Positions 9,497 to 19,855 are shown, counted from the stretch's first letter. The stretch: DNA of 64,000 bases from Microcoleaceae cyanobacterium (GCA_051652765.1 JBOFUV010000102.1:1-64000); one strand, 5' to 3'. Made by a program: numbers and translations. Notes: a model not told the origin generated them from the sequence alone.

Positions 9497-10603
9497 ATGA
9501 ATACTCAGGGTGACGTTGTTATAATTGGTGGTGGACTCATTGGATTGTCCATAGCGCTTGAACTGAAACTGCGGGGGGCAACGGTCACTGTTCTCAGTCG
9601 CGATTTTCAAGAGGCAGCGGCTCATGCAGCAGCAGGAATGTTAGCTCCCCAAGCAGAAGCAATTCAACAGGGTTCCCTGTTAGAACTTGCTCTACGCAGC
9701 CGTGCCCTATATCAGAATTGGATTAGGAAGCTAGAAGAGATTACAGGACTAGACACAGGCTACTGGCCCTGTGGAATTTTAGCACCCATTTATCAACAGC
9801 CTCAGTCAACGGTTGGATCTCAATCTGCAGCGGCTCCAGCCTATTGGTTGGAGCGGGAGTCCCTGGATCAGCATCAACCTGGTTTGGGGTCGGAGGTGGT
9901 CGGGGGATGGTGGTTTCCTCTGGATGCTCAAGTAGACAATCGCCGGGGATTGGCACGAGCTTTGCAAAGTGCGGCTCAGGAACTGGGGGTGAATCTATGG
10001 GAAGGCACGGAGGTTCAGAGTCTCGTAACTGACCATTCCTCAGTAGTCCTAGGGCTGAAGACCAATCGAGGGGAAGTGAGAGGCTCGCACTATATTCTGG
10101 CAACTGGCGCATGGTCGGCCCAGGTATTGCCGCAGATTCCTGTTTATCCGATCAAGGGACAAATGGTGTCTGTTAGGGTTCCGCCAGCTTTTGCCCAGTT
10201 GCCTCTCAAGCAGGTTCTGTTTGGCCAAGAAATTTATATTGTTCCCCGTCAAGATGGACTGATCGTGATTGGAGCAACGGTTGAACAGGTCAACTTTGAT
10301 CCAGGTTTAACTCCTGAGGGAATTCAAGGATTATTATCACGGGCAATTCGGCTTTATCCTGAGTTACAGAACTTTCCAATTCAGGAATTTTGGTGGGGAT
10401 TTCGGCCAACAACATCTGATTTGTTGCCGATCCTAGGTCATAGCCCCTTTGAAAATTTAACCTTGGCTGTAGGCCATCATCGGAATGGAATTCTGCTTGC
10501 CCCGATTACCGCGCAACTTATTGCAGATTGGGTGCTCGAGCAAAGGTCAGACCCAATTTTAGACAATTTTTGTTGGGATCGCTTCCCAACCGTTCAAGGA
10601 TAA
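9497..10603 (+). CDS. thiO: Glycine oxidase ThiO
   Basis: GGGLIG, AAAGMLAP, YIVPR, WWGFRP, GHHRNGILLAP. Confidence 0.9.
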   Translation: MNTQGDVVIIGGGLIGLSIALELKLRGATVTVLSRDFQEAAAHAAAGMLAPQAEAIQQGSLLELALRSRALYQNWIRKLEEITGLDTGYWPCGILAPIYQQPQSTVGSQSAAAPAYWLERESLDQHQPGLGSEVVGGWWFPLDAQVDNRRGLARALQSAAQELGVNLWEGTEVQSLVTDHSSVVLGLKTNRGEVRGSHYILATGAWSAQVLPQIPVYPIKGQMVSVRVPPAFAQLPLKQVLFGQEIYIVPRQDGLIVIGATVEQVNFDPGLTPEGIQGLLSRAIRLYPELQNFPIQEFWWGFRPTTSDLLPILGHSPFENLTLAVGHHRNGILLAPITAQLIADWVLEQRSDPILDNFCWDRFPTVQG

Positions 10604-11161
10604 ACCCGAAGCGTTCAGCGCTATAATTTTATGTATATAGTAATTGTATATAGAAATTTGGAGCAGTCAGGGGTTCACCCAACTTGATGTGAATCCTGTC
10701 GGTTGGTGTCGAGTTCATAACGTCCAACATGCTCAAGGGCTTGTCGGATATTGCGTTCTTCTCTCCAACCGACAAAATTTGCACAGGCAAGCCGCTAGCG
10801 ATAGCAACAATTGTGTTTTGGGTTTTCTTTGTTTAAGCGGCAGGTATTGAGTTTCCGTTCCAAAGTTACTGCTTTTAAGCCTAATGCTTTAAGCTTCCTG
10901 TTTTTGGGTTGATGATTTTAGGGATTTCTCCTTACACGTGTCTCATTAAGATCGGCTGAACTAGAAATTTTCCTGTTTTCTGAGTTTAAGGCAGAAGAAT
11001 TAAATAGCAACACTCCAAGACTTCTACAAATTAACCCCAGCGTTATTAACTTTTATAGATCTAAATCGTACTCTGGCAGGGCTAGAGGAACAGAGTAGTT
11101 GTCAAGTCCCTCTCAGGTCAGGGCTTCAAAATTAGAGAAACGTTCTAGCGAAAGGAGAAAA

Positions 11162-11410
11162 ATGTTTATCAGTCGGCAAAAATGGTTCGTCTTGGCCAGC
11201 CTATTATTTCTTTCTATGATCAGTCATGGATATTACCCTCCACTTGTCAAAGCGATCGCCCTTCCTACAAATTCTGAACAGATACCCATCGCTGCACCCT
11301 CAAGCAGCGTGACGTTGAATGCTGAAAGTCGGGACGCTTTGAGACCTCAAGCTCAAGGTAGACGGGATGCTGGTCGTAGAATCGCTTGCGAAGGGTTTGG
11401 AGTCTGCTGA
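11162..11410 (+). CDS. Small secreted peptide precursor (82 aa), PatX-like layout but without canonical RGSGR
   Basis: SD aaggag 5-6 nt before ATG; signal-peptide-like N-terminus, P/S-rich linker, C-terminal GRRDAGRR then CEGFGVC. Confidence 0.65.
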   Translation: MFISRQKWFVLASLLFLSMISHGYYPPLVKAIALPTNSEQIPIAAPSSSVTLNAESRDALRPQAQGRRDAGRRIACEGFGVC

Positions 11411-11612
11411 ACTCGCTTCAGAGGTTGCTTCAGACGTTACCCCAATCAGGATCAAACCGAGCTTATATTCTCAAGAGGGTTTGGGTGAGTGTAAAGTTCC
11501 GCAGATGGAAATTTCAAGGCTCTGTTGTTTTTGTCTGCAGGTTCCGATCGAAAGGGTTAATGTTCGTTCTTATCAGAGAAAGATGAGTTAATCTAGAGGT
11601 TATCCAGGGATC

Positions 11613-14600
11613 ATGAGGGATCGTGTTATGAGTCTGCCTCCCCAAGATAACGTAGAGATTCATAATCAAACTCAAGTCAATACCCTCGCCAGAACTCTGC
11701 AATTGTCGGCGGGTCAATTCTCATTACTGTTTGCCCGCTGTAACTATGTGAGTCTCCGGCAACAGATTATTGAGCAACTCCAGCACTCCCTCAATGAACC
11801 GTTTAGCCTGCTTTCTCTTGATTCCTCCGTTCACAATCTTTATCGAACCATTGAAATGGAGATGGCTCAGCAACCATCCCTCCCGAATGTTTTAATGGTC
11901 GTTGGTTTTGAGGGGATCGCTGCGATTGATGAAGTTTTAGACTCGGCCAACCGTAGTCGAGAGGCTTTCCTCAATCTCCCGTTCCCAATTGTCTTGTGGA
12001 TCAATGACAAGCTCTGGCGCAAGCTGAATCGTCAGGCACCTGACTTCACCAGTTGGGCGACAACGACAGAGTTTCTCCAGAGTTCTGCGTCACTCCTCTA
12101 TTTCTTGCAGGACAGAGCCCAACAGGTTGTCACTACGGCCCTGAAAGTCGGTGCCAGTCAATTTATTCCCAACGCGAAAATTTTGGGAGTCGATGCGGCG
12201 ACTGAACTGCAAGCTGCCTATCAGGATTTGGCAACTCGTGATGTTACGCTTCAACCCTTCCTAGAAGCGAGTTTAAGATTTGTTTTAGGTCGGCATTATT
12301 ATGCTTACCAAGAGATAACTGAAGCGTTAGAGCAGTATCAACTCAGTTTGAAATTTTGGGAAACCAGTGAACGCGATCGCAAACGAATTAGTCCCAAAAC
12401 CGTCCTCAATCATAACGCTCAAAATTCCAATTCTCACAGCTCAAACCGACTGAGTTCAAGTCTCAGTTCTGATGCTGCCAGTCTCAATCTCCTCTCTCAA
12501 GCCACACCCTTAGAATGGCAGGGTTTGCTATTGTTTCACCTTGGGCTGTGTTACATCTATCTTGCGGAACAACATCTCCAATATAGCGGTCAATCAGACT
12601 GGGAGAAAGCAAAGGTGCATTTGCAGGGTTGTATCAACCGATTTGAAACTGCAAATCGTCAGGATTTGGTAGCAAAATTCATCAGCAAACTAGGTGAAGT
12701 CCTCCGTCAATTGAAGCGATGGAATGAACTCTGGCAACTTGCACTTCGTTCCCAGAAACTTCGTCATCAACTTTCAGACGCAGATCCAATTCAAATTGCT
12801 CAGGACTACGGATTCTTGGCGGAGGTTGCGCTCCATCGAGGAGCCTTTGAAAACGCAAAAGAACTTGCGATTGTTGCCTTAGAAAACTTGGATCAAGATT
12901 CGACTGACAACTCCAATGATCCGATTAGAAATCAGCACCGAGGGTTGTATTTATTTATTCTGGCTCAATCCCTAGAACATCTTGGCGAGCCCTGGGAAGC
13001 CATTGACAAGCTTGAAGTTGCCTATCGAGACACTAATGCTAAGTATGATCCAAGGTTGTATCTAAAAATCCTAGATCACCTCAACCGATTGTATTTTAAA
13101 TTGGGTGAATATCGGGAAGCATTTGAAATCAAAAAAGAGTATCGGACAAAGTCCAGTACGTTTGGCTACACGGCTTTTATTGGTGCTGGACGGTTACGCT
13201 CTCGGGAACGGATCGTTGATCCCATTTTGGGGACGATTTCACTCAATGAAAACTCAACATTTACGGATGAAATCCAGGCATCAGGTCGAGAAGAAGCCAT
13301 TAATCGCTTGCTGCAACGAATGGCGATCGCGCAGCACAAACTGACTGTTATCTACGGGCAGTCTGGAGTTGGAAAAAGTTCGATTTTGAGAGCTGGATTA
13401 GTTCCAGCCCTAAAGCGTTATCGGGTGGAAACTCGTCAACTGATTCCAATCATTGTCAGAACCTATAATGCTTATATCAATGAGCTAGATCAAAAACTCT
13501 CCTTATCCACAAACAAAAAAGGTCAATCCGAACTCCAGGTTGATGACACCAACTTGACCTTGGAACTTTCAAATAGTAACGCTGAGCAGTTTCAAGAAGT
13601 CTTGAGCAGCGTGATTGAAAAGCTCAAAAAAAATACGGATAATAATAAAATTACTGTTCTAATCTTCGATCAATTTGAAGAATTTTTCTTTGTCTATAAA
13701 ACCAGAGCCGGACGGCAGACTTTCTTCGAGACTTTGCGGGATTTTTTAGATCTTCCCTTTGTCAAAGTAATTATTTCTCTCCGAGAAGACTATATCCACT
13801 ATCTTTTAGAATGCGTTCGGTTTACCTACATTGAGGTAATCAATAATGACATTCTGAACAAAGATATTTTGTTCTACCTGGGGAATCTGACCCAAGCGGA
13901 AGCCTCTAATGTGATCAAGCGGTTGACCGATCAGTCTCACTTTTATTTGGAAGATGCCCTAGTTCAGGCATTGGTTGAGGATCTATCCGATGATTTTGAT
14001 GAGGTTCGACCGATTGAACTGCAAGTTGTGGGGTCACAAATCCAGGCGGAAGCGATTACAACCCTGGCCGAGTATCAACAAAAAGGCCCGAAGAAAAAGT
14101 TGGTTGAACGGTTTCTGGAACAAGTCGTTCATGATTGTGGCCCCGAAAATGAACGGGCTGCCCGTTCGATTTTATATCTGCTCACCGATGAAAATAACAC
14201 CCGACCCCTCAAAACACGGAATGAGTTGGCGGAAGAATTGAGAGATGAGTTAAGTCAAAATTCCATCGATGAACAGTTGGATTTAGTCCTTTATATTCTG
14301 GAAAAATCCGGGTTGGTCTCCCGTGAAATTGGTATTGGAGCTAGCTTTTATCAACTGGTTCACGACTATTTAGCAGACTTTATCCGCCAGCAACATCGTT
14401 CTGATCGAGATGCAGAATTTCAACAAATTGTTCAGGAAAAAAATGTTTATGCCAAACTAGCTCTCGAACGGGAAAAGCTAGCCCTAGAAACGGAGAGAAG
14501 ACGGCGAGCTGAGCAGCGGAAGCGTCGATCTGAGCGATTTTTGGGTCTGTTGTTTGGCCTGTTTCTGGTCAGTCTAGCCGGACTTGGATTCTGGCTGACC

Positions 14601-16826
14601 CGGAAGGAAGGAGCAGCCAGAATCAGTGCGATTGAAGCAACAACGGAAGCCCTGTTGGTCTCCGGTCGCAATAATCAACTCGGGGTTTTACAAGCCAGTT
14701 TGAACACCGGAAAAAGTATTCAAACCACTCGAGCTTCGGCTGACATTCAAACGGAGGTTGCCCTGGGACTAAGACCCACGATTACTAATATTCAAGAGCG
14801 CAATCGCCTGGAAGGCCATGAAAGCGGGGTTTTGGGAGTTGTCTACAGTCCTGATGGCACGGTAATTGCTACCGCCAGTGCTGACAGAACAGTGAAAATT
14901 TGGTCAAGTCAAGGCAATCTCTTCTCCACCCTGAACCATGATGCCAGCGTCGTTGATGTCAGCATCAGCGACGCTGGCGTGATTGCCACGGTCACCCTTG
15001 ACCTCGTCAATCCAGACCAAAATCGCGTTCAACTTTGGCAGATCAACGGGGAAAAAATTGTCCATGCGCCGATCAGTCATGGCGGCGCGGCGATCGCCAG
15101 TATTAGCTTTAGCCCTGACGGGAAAATGCTTGCTTCTGGAAGTTGGGATAAAACTATTAAATTGTGGACACTAGACGGAGCCCTGGTTCGAACCCTAGCT
15201 GGACATCAAGGTCGCGTCCAGGATGTGGAATTTAGCCCCGACGGAAAAACCCTCGCCTCAGGGAGTTGGGATACAACTATTAAATTGTGGGCCCTAGAAG
15301 GCACTGTCCTGAAAACATTGAGAGGTCACTGTGAATCCTTGAAATTGAATTCCGGTGAGTCCCAAGAATGCATTCGCCATATCAGTTTCAGTCCCGATGG
15401 CAAACGGCTCGTCTCAGCCAGTAGCGATCGCACCTTAAAAATCTGGGATCTGGAGAGCGGTCGAGTCTTAGGGGCCTTGGAGGGACACAACGAGGCAGTC
15501 TTGAGTACCAGCTTCAGCCCTGATGGTCTCACCATTGCCAGTAGTAGCAGAGACCGCACGGTTAAACTTTGGAATGCTTTAAATGGAACCTTACTCCAAA
15601 CTTTCTCAGGTCACCAAAGTGATGTCTGGGCTGTGGTGTTCAATCCAGAGGGTCGAATGATGATCTCTGCCAGTGCAGATAAGACCGCCAGAATCTGGGA
15701 CTACAATCGGAATCCCGTTAACGACCGATTGTTGTATGGTCATACCGCAGCCGTTTGGAACGTTGGGTTCAGTCCTGATAGTCAGCTCACGGCGACAGCA
15801 AGCGATGACAACACGGTACGACTCTGGGATGTCGCTCTCGGAAAACCAGCCCTCGGCCTTGGGGGAAAACCTGTGCTGTTGCAACATAACGATGACGTGA
15901 GCGGGGTCAGTTTTAGTCCTGATGGCCAAACCATTGCCACCACCAGTTACGACCAGACCGTAAAACTTTGGCGGCTCAACGGTCAACTGGTGCGATCGCT
16001 GGATAACGACAATGATGTTGTTTCTGCCCTGAGCTTTAGCCCAGATGGCAAAACCTTGGCCTCAGCCAGTCAGACGGTTAACCTGTGGACACTAGCAGGA
16101 AAACGCTTGGACACCCTTGGCCTGAACAAGCCCGCTTGGGACATAGAGTTCAATCTCCTAGGCAATCAGATTGCCGTTGGGACTAGTGACGATAGCGGCA
16201 CTGACACTGAAGTTGAGCTTTGGGAAAACCAGAACGGACGCTGGCAGCGCACCCTGAGCCTAACCCCTGAACTGATCGTTCAGAGAAACTCATCGTTCCG
16301 GAAATCTCCTAATCCCCCCCTATCCTCCTCAAGCGCCGAAATTAATGCTTTTAGCTACCCGCCCCAGGCAGATCAACTCGCCCTAGCGATTAGTAGAGAG
16401 GTTCGGTTCTGGAGTTCAACTAAAGGTGGCTCTTGCCCCATCAGTCATAGTGCCCAAGTCGAAAGTCTGAGCTTTTCTCCCAGGGTTCTACCCTCAGGAG
16501 ATTACCTGCTCGTGACCGCCAGCCAAGACAAACAGGTACGGTTTTGGCACGTTAGTGAAGCCCAGCTTTGGCCAGAGTCCCAGACCTGTTCAACCGTTGA
16601 GCCCTTCTATGCCATTAACCAAGATGCCATTGTCAACCATGTTCATTTCAGTCCCAATGGGGAGACCTTATCGATCGCCCAGGATAATGGTGTTGTGACT
16701 CTGTGGAGCATGAAAGGCTTTGAACTCGATTATCAAATTGAGCAAAGCTGTGAGTGGTTGACAGACTATCTGAACACCAATGTCAATTTGACACCAGAAA
16801 GCCGTGCCCTTTGCTCAACAAAATGA
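11613..16826 (+). CDS. Large signalling protein: degenerate NTPase-like N-domain + TPR-like helices + STAND (nSTAND1-type) NTPase + coiled coil + TM + WD40 repeats
   Basis: Walker A GQSGVGKSS, Walker B LIFDQFEEFF, SLREDY, VRPIELQVVG, YQLVHDYL; hydrophobic FLGLLFGLFLVSLAGLGFWL; more than 10 GH...FSPDG...W repeats. Confidence 0.9.
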   Translation: MRDRVMSLPPQDNVEIHNQTQVNTLARTLQLSAGQFSLLFARCNYVSLRQQIIEQLQHSLNEPFSLLSLDSSVHNLYRTIEMEMAQQPSLPNVLMVVGFEGIAAIDEVLDSANRSREAFLNLPFPIVLWINDKLWRKLNRQAPDFTSWATTTEFLQSSASLLYFLQDRAQQVVTTALKVGASQFIPNAKILGVDAATELQAAYQDLATRDVTLQPFLEASLRFVLGRHYYAYQEITEALEQYQLSLKFWETSERDRKRISPKTVLNHNAQNSNSHSSNRLSSSLSSDAASLNLLSQATPLEWQGLLLFHLGLCYIYLAEQHLQYSGQSDWEKAKVHLQGCINRFETANRQDLVAKFISKLGEVLRQLKRWNELWQLALRSQKLRHQLSDADPIQIAQDYGFLAEVALHRGAFENAKELAIVALENLDQDSTDNSNDPIRNQHRGLYLFILAQSLEHLGEPWEAIDKLEVAYRDTNAKYDPRLYLKILDHLNRLYFKLGEYREAFEIKKEYRTKSSTFGYTAFIGAGRLRSRERIVDPILGTISLNENSTFTDEIQASGREEAINRLLQRMAIAQHKLTVIYGQSGVGKSSILRAGLVPALKRYRVETRQLIPIIVRTYNAYINELDQKLSLSTNKKGQSELQVDDTNLTLELSNSNAEQFQEVLSSVIEKLKKNTDNNKITVLIFDQFEEFFFVYKTRAGRQTFFETLRDFLDLPFVKVIISLREDYIHYLLECVRFTYIEVINNDILNKDILFYLGNLTQAEASNVIKRLTDQSHFYLEDALVQALVEDLSDDFDEVRPIELQVVGSQIQAEAITTLAEYQQKGPKKKLVERFLEQVVHDCGPENERAARSILYLLTDENNTRPLKTRNELAEELRDELSQNSIDEQLDLVLYILEKSGLVSREIGIGASFYQLVHDYLADFIRQQHRSDRDAEFQQIVQEKNVYAKLALEREKLALETERRRRAEQRKRRSERFLGLLFGLFLVSLAGLGFWLTRKEGAARISAIEATTEALLVSGRNNQLGVLQASLNTGKSIQTTRASADIQTEVALGLRPTITNIQERNRLEGHESGVLGVVYSPDGTVIATASADRTVKIWSSQGNLFSTLNHDASVVDVSISDAGVIATVTLDLVNPDQNRVQLWQINGEKIVHAPISHGGAAIASISFSPDGKMLASGSWDKTIKLWTLDGALVRTLAGHQGRVQDVEFSPDGKTLASGSWDTTIKLWALEGTVLKTLRGHCESLKLNSGESQECIRHISFSPDGKRLVSASSDRTLKIWDLESGRVLGALEGHNEAVLSTSFSPDGLTIASSSRDRTVKLWNALNGTLLQTFSGHQSDVWAVVFNPEGRMMISASADKTARIWDYNRNPVNDRLLYGHTAAVWNVGFSPDSQLTATASDDNTVRLWDVALGKPALGLGGKPVLLQHNDDVSGVSFSPDGQTIATTSYDQTVKLWRLNGQLVRSLDNDNDVVSALSFSPDGKTLASASQTVNLWTLAGKRLDTLGLNKPAWDIEFNLLGNQIAVGTSDDSGTDTEVELWENQNGRWQRTLSLTPELIVQRNSSFRKSPNPPLSSSSAEINAFSYPPQADQLALAISREVRFWSSTKGGSCPISHSAQVESLSFSPRVLPSGDYLLVTASQDKQVRFWHVSEAQLWPESQTCSTVEPFYAINQDAIVNHVHFSPNGETLSIAQDNGVVTLWSMKGFELDYQIEQSCEWLTDYLNTNVNLTPESRALCSTK

Positions 16827-16894
16827 CAAAGGCAAACCGGTTCAAAGACTGCTATTACTGTCTCCAAGCCTACTGGTTCTGAGCTAAAGATGTT

Positions 16895-16911
16895 AGTCTA
16901 GACTGTACAGT
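16895..16911. promoter_or_regulatory. Candidate TetR operator (overlapping palindromes)
   Basis: agtctagact and actgtacagt palindromes about 100 bp upstream of the TetR gene. Confidence 0.4.
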
Positions 16912-17010
16912 TTGATTTTTTGTGTGTAGCTACCCAGTTTGATCGTTCGGTTTGATGATTGAGTTTGATAGTGATAGCCATATGAGTTAAGGAGACCCAG
17001 AATCAACACC

Positions 17011-17661
17011 ATGCCCAAAGCTGTTAACGATGCCCACGTTCAATGTGCCCACGGTCGTCACGGAATTGCCGATAAAGCAGAGCAGATTCTGAATGGCGCA
17101 ATCCCCGAATTTCTAAAACACGGTTATTCCTGTACCAGCATGGATCGGATTGCCAAGGCGGCAGGGGTCTCCAAACAAACCCTATACAGCCATTTCTTAG
17201 ACAAAGATGGCCTCTTCACAGCCCTGGTTGAACGCATTGCCTGTGAGAAGTTTCAGATGGTTTGGTCTCATCCTCTCGAAGGACAACCCAGCCAAGTGTT
17301 GCGAGAGCTGGCCAAGCGTATCCTGATGGAAAACATTGACGATGAAGACTACTTGGGATTTTGTCGATTAATTATCGCGGAATCCGGTAAGCGGCCCGAT
17401 CTAGCTCATGTATTTTTAAAAAATTTAGTCCAGCCTGCAACAGTCATCCTGACTCAATACCTGCGAGATTGTCCTGAACTAAGGATCTCTGACCCCGAAG
17501 CAGCAGCTCGAATTTTTGTTGGAGCCCTGATTCATTTCATTCTGATTCAACGGGGACTCCATGGAGAGACCCTGATGCCAATGGATGCCAATCGATTGGT
17601 GGATACCCTAGTGCAGATGATTGCAGGTTCTGGAAAAACCCCTGAATTGCAGCTACAGTAA
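17011..17661 (+). CDS. TetR/AcrR family transcriptional regulator
   Basis: GYSCTSMDRIAKAAGVSKQTLYSHF HTH. Confidence 0.92.
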   Translation: MPKAVNDAHVQCAHGRHGIADKAEQILNGAIPEFLKHGYSCTSMDRIAKAAGVSKQTLYSHFLDKDGLFTALVERIACEKFQMVWSHPLEGQPSQVLRELAKRILMENIDDEDYLGFCRLIIAESGKRPDLAHVFLKNLVQPATVILTQYLRDCPELRISDPEAAARIFVGALIHFILIQRGLHGETLMPMDANRLVDTLVQMIAGSGKTPELQLQ

Positions 17662-17730
17662 TAATGGCGTTTTGAAACCAGAACGCTTTGAGACTCTAAC
17701 TTCCATGCCATCGCTTCACATCTCACTGCT

Positions 17731-18873
17731 ATGTATGCTCCTCCATTTGCTTTGAACACCGGCATTGCCATGACCCTCTATGCTGGCTTGAAAGCTAGCC
17801 AAACCTGGGAAAGCACCCTCAGGGAGCCAGAGCCTGCCTACAGTGAACATATTTTTTTAGGGGCTGGGAACACCCCGATTTTTGGGATTGTTGCCATTCC
17901 ACCCAATCCTCGAGGAACCCTGGTTGGCACCTATGGGATCACGGGGGATTTGGACAATCAGTGGTTCCTCAGGGTCTTAGGACGTAAAGCCTTTGCTCGA
18001 GGCTATGCTGTGGTTCTATTTGATTGGCGAGCCCATGGCAAAACCGCAGAACTCTCTCCTACTCTAACTTCTGATGGGTTGTATGAAGGTCAGGACTTTG
18101 TGCATATTGCGGCTCAAGCTAAGTCCTTGGGATGTCCGGCTCCATTTTGGTTTACGGGATTTTCCCTAGGAGGTCAGTTGGCCCTTTGGGGGGTTCAGGC
18201 AGCCCAAACCCTGGCACAGTGGGGCCAAGGGTTAGATCCCGCCTTAAACCCGACCTTAAACATTACAGAACCCGAATTAGCAGGAGGAGCTGTCATTTGT
18301 CCGAGCTTGGACTCTACTCGCTCCCTACGTTATCTGGTCAAGCATCCTGTGGGCAAGCATCTGGAACGATCGATCGCCCGCACCCTCAAAAAATTAGCCT
18401 ATCGAATTGCTGCGTTTCATCCGGGAGCCCTTGACCTGAAAGCGATTGAACGGGTCAATACGATCTGGGATTTTGACCAAGAATTAATCATTTCAACCCT
18501 AGGGTTTGCCACTGTTGAAGACTATTACGGGGCTAGCAGTCCCCTACCGTTGCTCCCCCACCTGCAAAAACCAACGCTGATTCTCTACGCGGCAGATGAT
18601 CCTTTGTTCGATCCGGCTGTGATACCTGACTTGCAAGCAGCGGCCCAAGGGAACCCTAGAATTGATTTGAGGCTGACGGCTCAGGGTGGCCATGTTGGCT
18701 ATATCAGCAGCCAAGCTTGCCAACGTCAAATGCAAGATCCCGACTGTTGGTGGGCTTGGAACCGGGTTCTGGAGTGGTGCGATCGCCCTCATGATTCCCT
18801 TCAAAAGGACTCTTCAGACTCATCCAAGCTGGAATCAGGAATTATTCAACTTTCCCCTGTAATTAATAGTTAA
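17731..18873 (+). CDS. YheT-like alpha/beta hydrolase
   Basis: GFSLGG nucleophile, ADDP acid, GGHVG histidine. Confidence 0.88.
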   Translation: MYAPPFALNTGIAMTLYAGLKASQTWESTLREPEPAYSEHIFLGAGNTPIFGIVAIPPNPRGTLVGTYGITGDLDNQWFLRVLGRKAFARGYAVVLFDWRAHGKTAELSPTLTSDGLYEGQDFVHIAAQAKSLGCPAPFWFTGFSLGGQLALWGVQAAQTLAQWGQGLDPALNPTLNITEPELAGGAVICPSLDSTRSLRYLVKHPVGKHLERSIARTLKKLAYRIAAFHPGALDLKAIERVNTIWDFDQELIISTLGFATVEDYYGASSPLPLLPHLQKPTLILYAADDPLFDPAVIPDLQAAAQGNPRIDLRLTAQGGHVGYISSQACQRQMQDPDCWWAWNRVLEWCDRPHDSLQKDSSDSSKLESGIIQLSPVINS

Positions 18874-18904
18874 TCAACAGTAACGAGCTGTAGGAAAAAA
18901 TAAA

Positions 18905-19855
18905 ATGGGTCAAAACCAGGGTCAATGGGTCAAGCTAGGACTGGGGACGACGTTAGCCGGGATCTTGATCTCGAGTTGCAGTAGTCCAATCATACCGAGC
19001 GCTACCCTCCCACAAGCAGGTTCAACAACTTCACAACCCGCCCCAGCGTCTGAAGTTTCAGCTTCAGACGGGGAGAACTTGGCCCTCAATTCCCCGACCG
19101 CTAGTGCTCCTAAGGCTTTACCCCAGTTGGTCAAAACGGCAGCGGTTTCCCTCGTGGTTGATTCAGTCGAGTCTAGTATCCAGGGGGTGAGACAAATTAC
19201 CCAACAGTCCCAGGGAGACCTCATGGGATTGCAGGATGAAACCTCTACCGATGCAATAGATCGTCAAAGGGCTTCGATGCAAATTCGGGTTCCTCAGGAG
19301 AAACTGGACTCAACCCTACAAAAGCTGAAGCAATTGGGCACTATCCAAAGTCAAACCCTTACAGCAGAGGATGTTTCTGATCAACTCGTGGATTTTGAAG
19401 CTCGTCTGCGGAACCTACGAAAGACCGAGGAAACCTTGTTAAAAATCATGGAACGCTCCGGTGAAGTCGCTGATGTCCTGAAAGTTGCTCAGGAACTTAG
19501 CGGTGTACGGAACTCTATCGAACAAACTGCTGCTCAGATCAAGTCCCTCCAGAATCGAGTCGCCTATTCTACGGTTACGATTAACTTAGAAGCGGCGATC
19601 GCATCCCCAACCTCCGAACGTTCAGTTGCCAATCAATTGCAAGAAACCTGGCAGGACGTAAGCCGTTCCCTCGGTCAGTTTACGACAAACCTAATGCAGC
19701 TAGGGATCTGGCTATTGCTCTACAGCCCCTATTTGTTGCTAATCACCGGGGGAGGGGTACTGTTCTACCGATGGCGCAGATCTAGACCGGTTAGAGGGGG
19801 TTTAGCAACCCTGCCAACTCCTCTCTCCTCCCCAGACAACGAGCAATCCCATTAA
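18905..19855 (+). CDS. DUF4349 lipoprotein with C-terminal TM helix
   Basis: Lipobox ISSC; EDVSDQLVDFEARLRNL...L..V...L..VR..IEQ; C-terminal TM helix. Confidence 0.85.
   Translation: MGQNQGQWVKLGLGTTLAGILISSCSSPIIPSATLPQAGSTTSQPAPASEVSASDGENLALNSPTASAPKALPQLVKTAAVSLVVDSVESSIQGVRQITQQSQGDLMGLQDETSTDAIDRQRASMQIRVPQEKLDSTLQKLKQLGTIQSQTLTAEDVSDQLVDFEARLRNLRKTEETLLKIMERSGEVADVLKVAQELSGVRNSIEQTAAQIKSLQNRVAYSTVTINLEAAIASPTSERSVANQLQETWQDVSRSLGQFTTNLMQLGIWLLLYSPYLLLITGGGVLFYRWRRSRPVRGGLATLPTPLSSPDNEQSH

Noticed and set aside
10644..10850. 68-aa intergenic ORF
   Set aside because: TTG start, no SD, no motif support
11162..11410. Calling the gene patX or patS
   Set aside because: Lacks RG(S/T)GR (has RDAGR), and no hetR or sepJ context in the window
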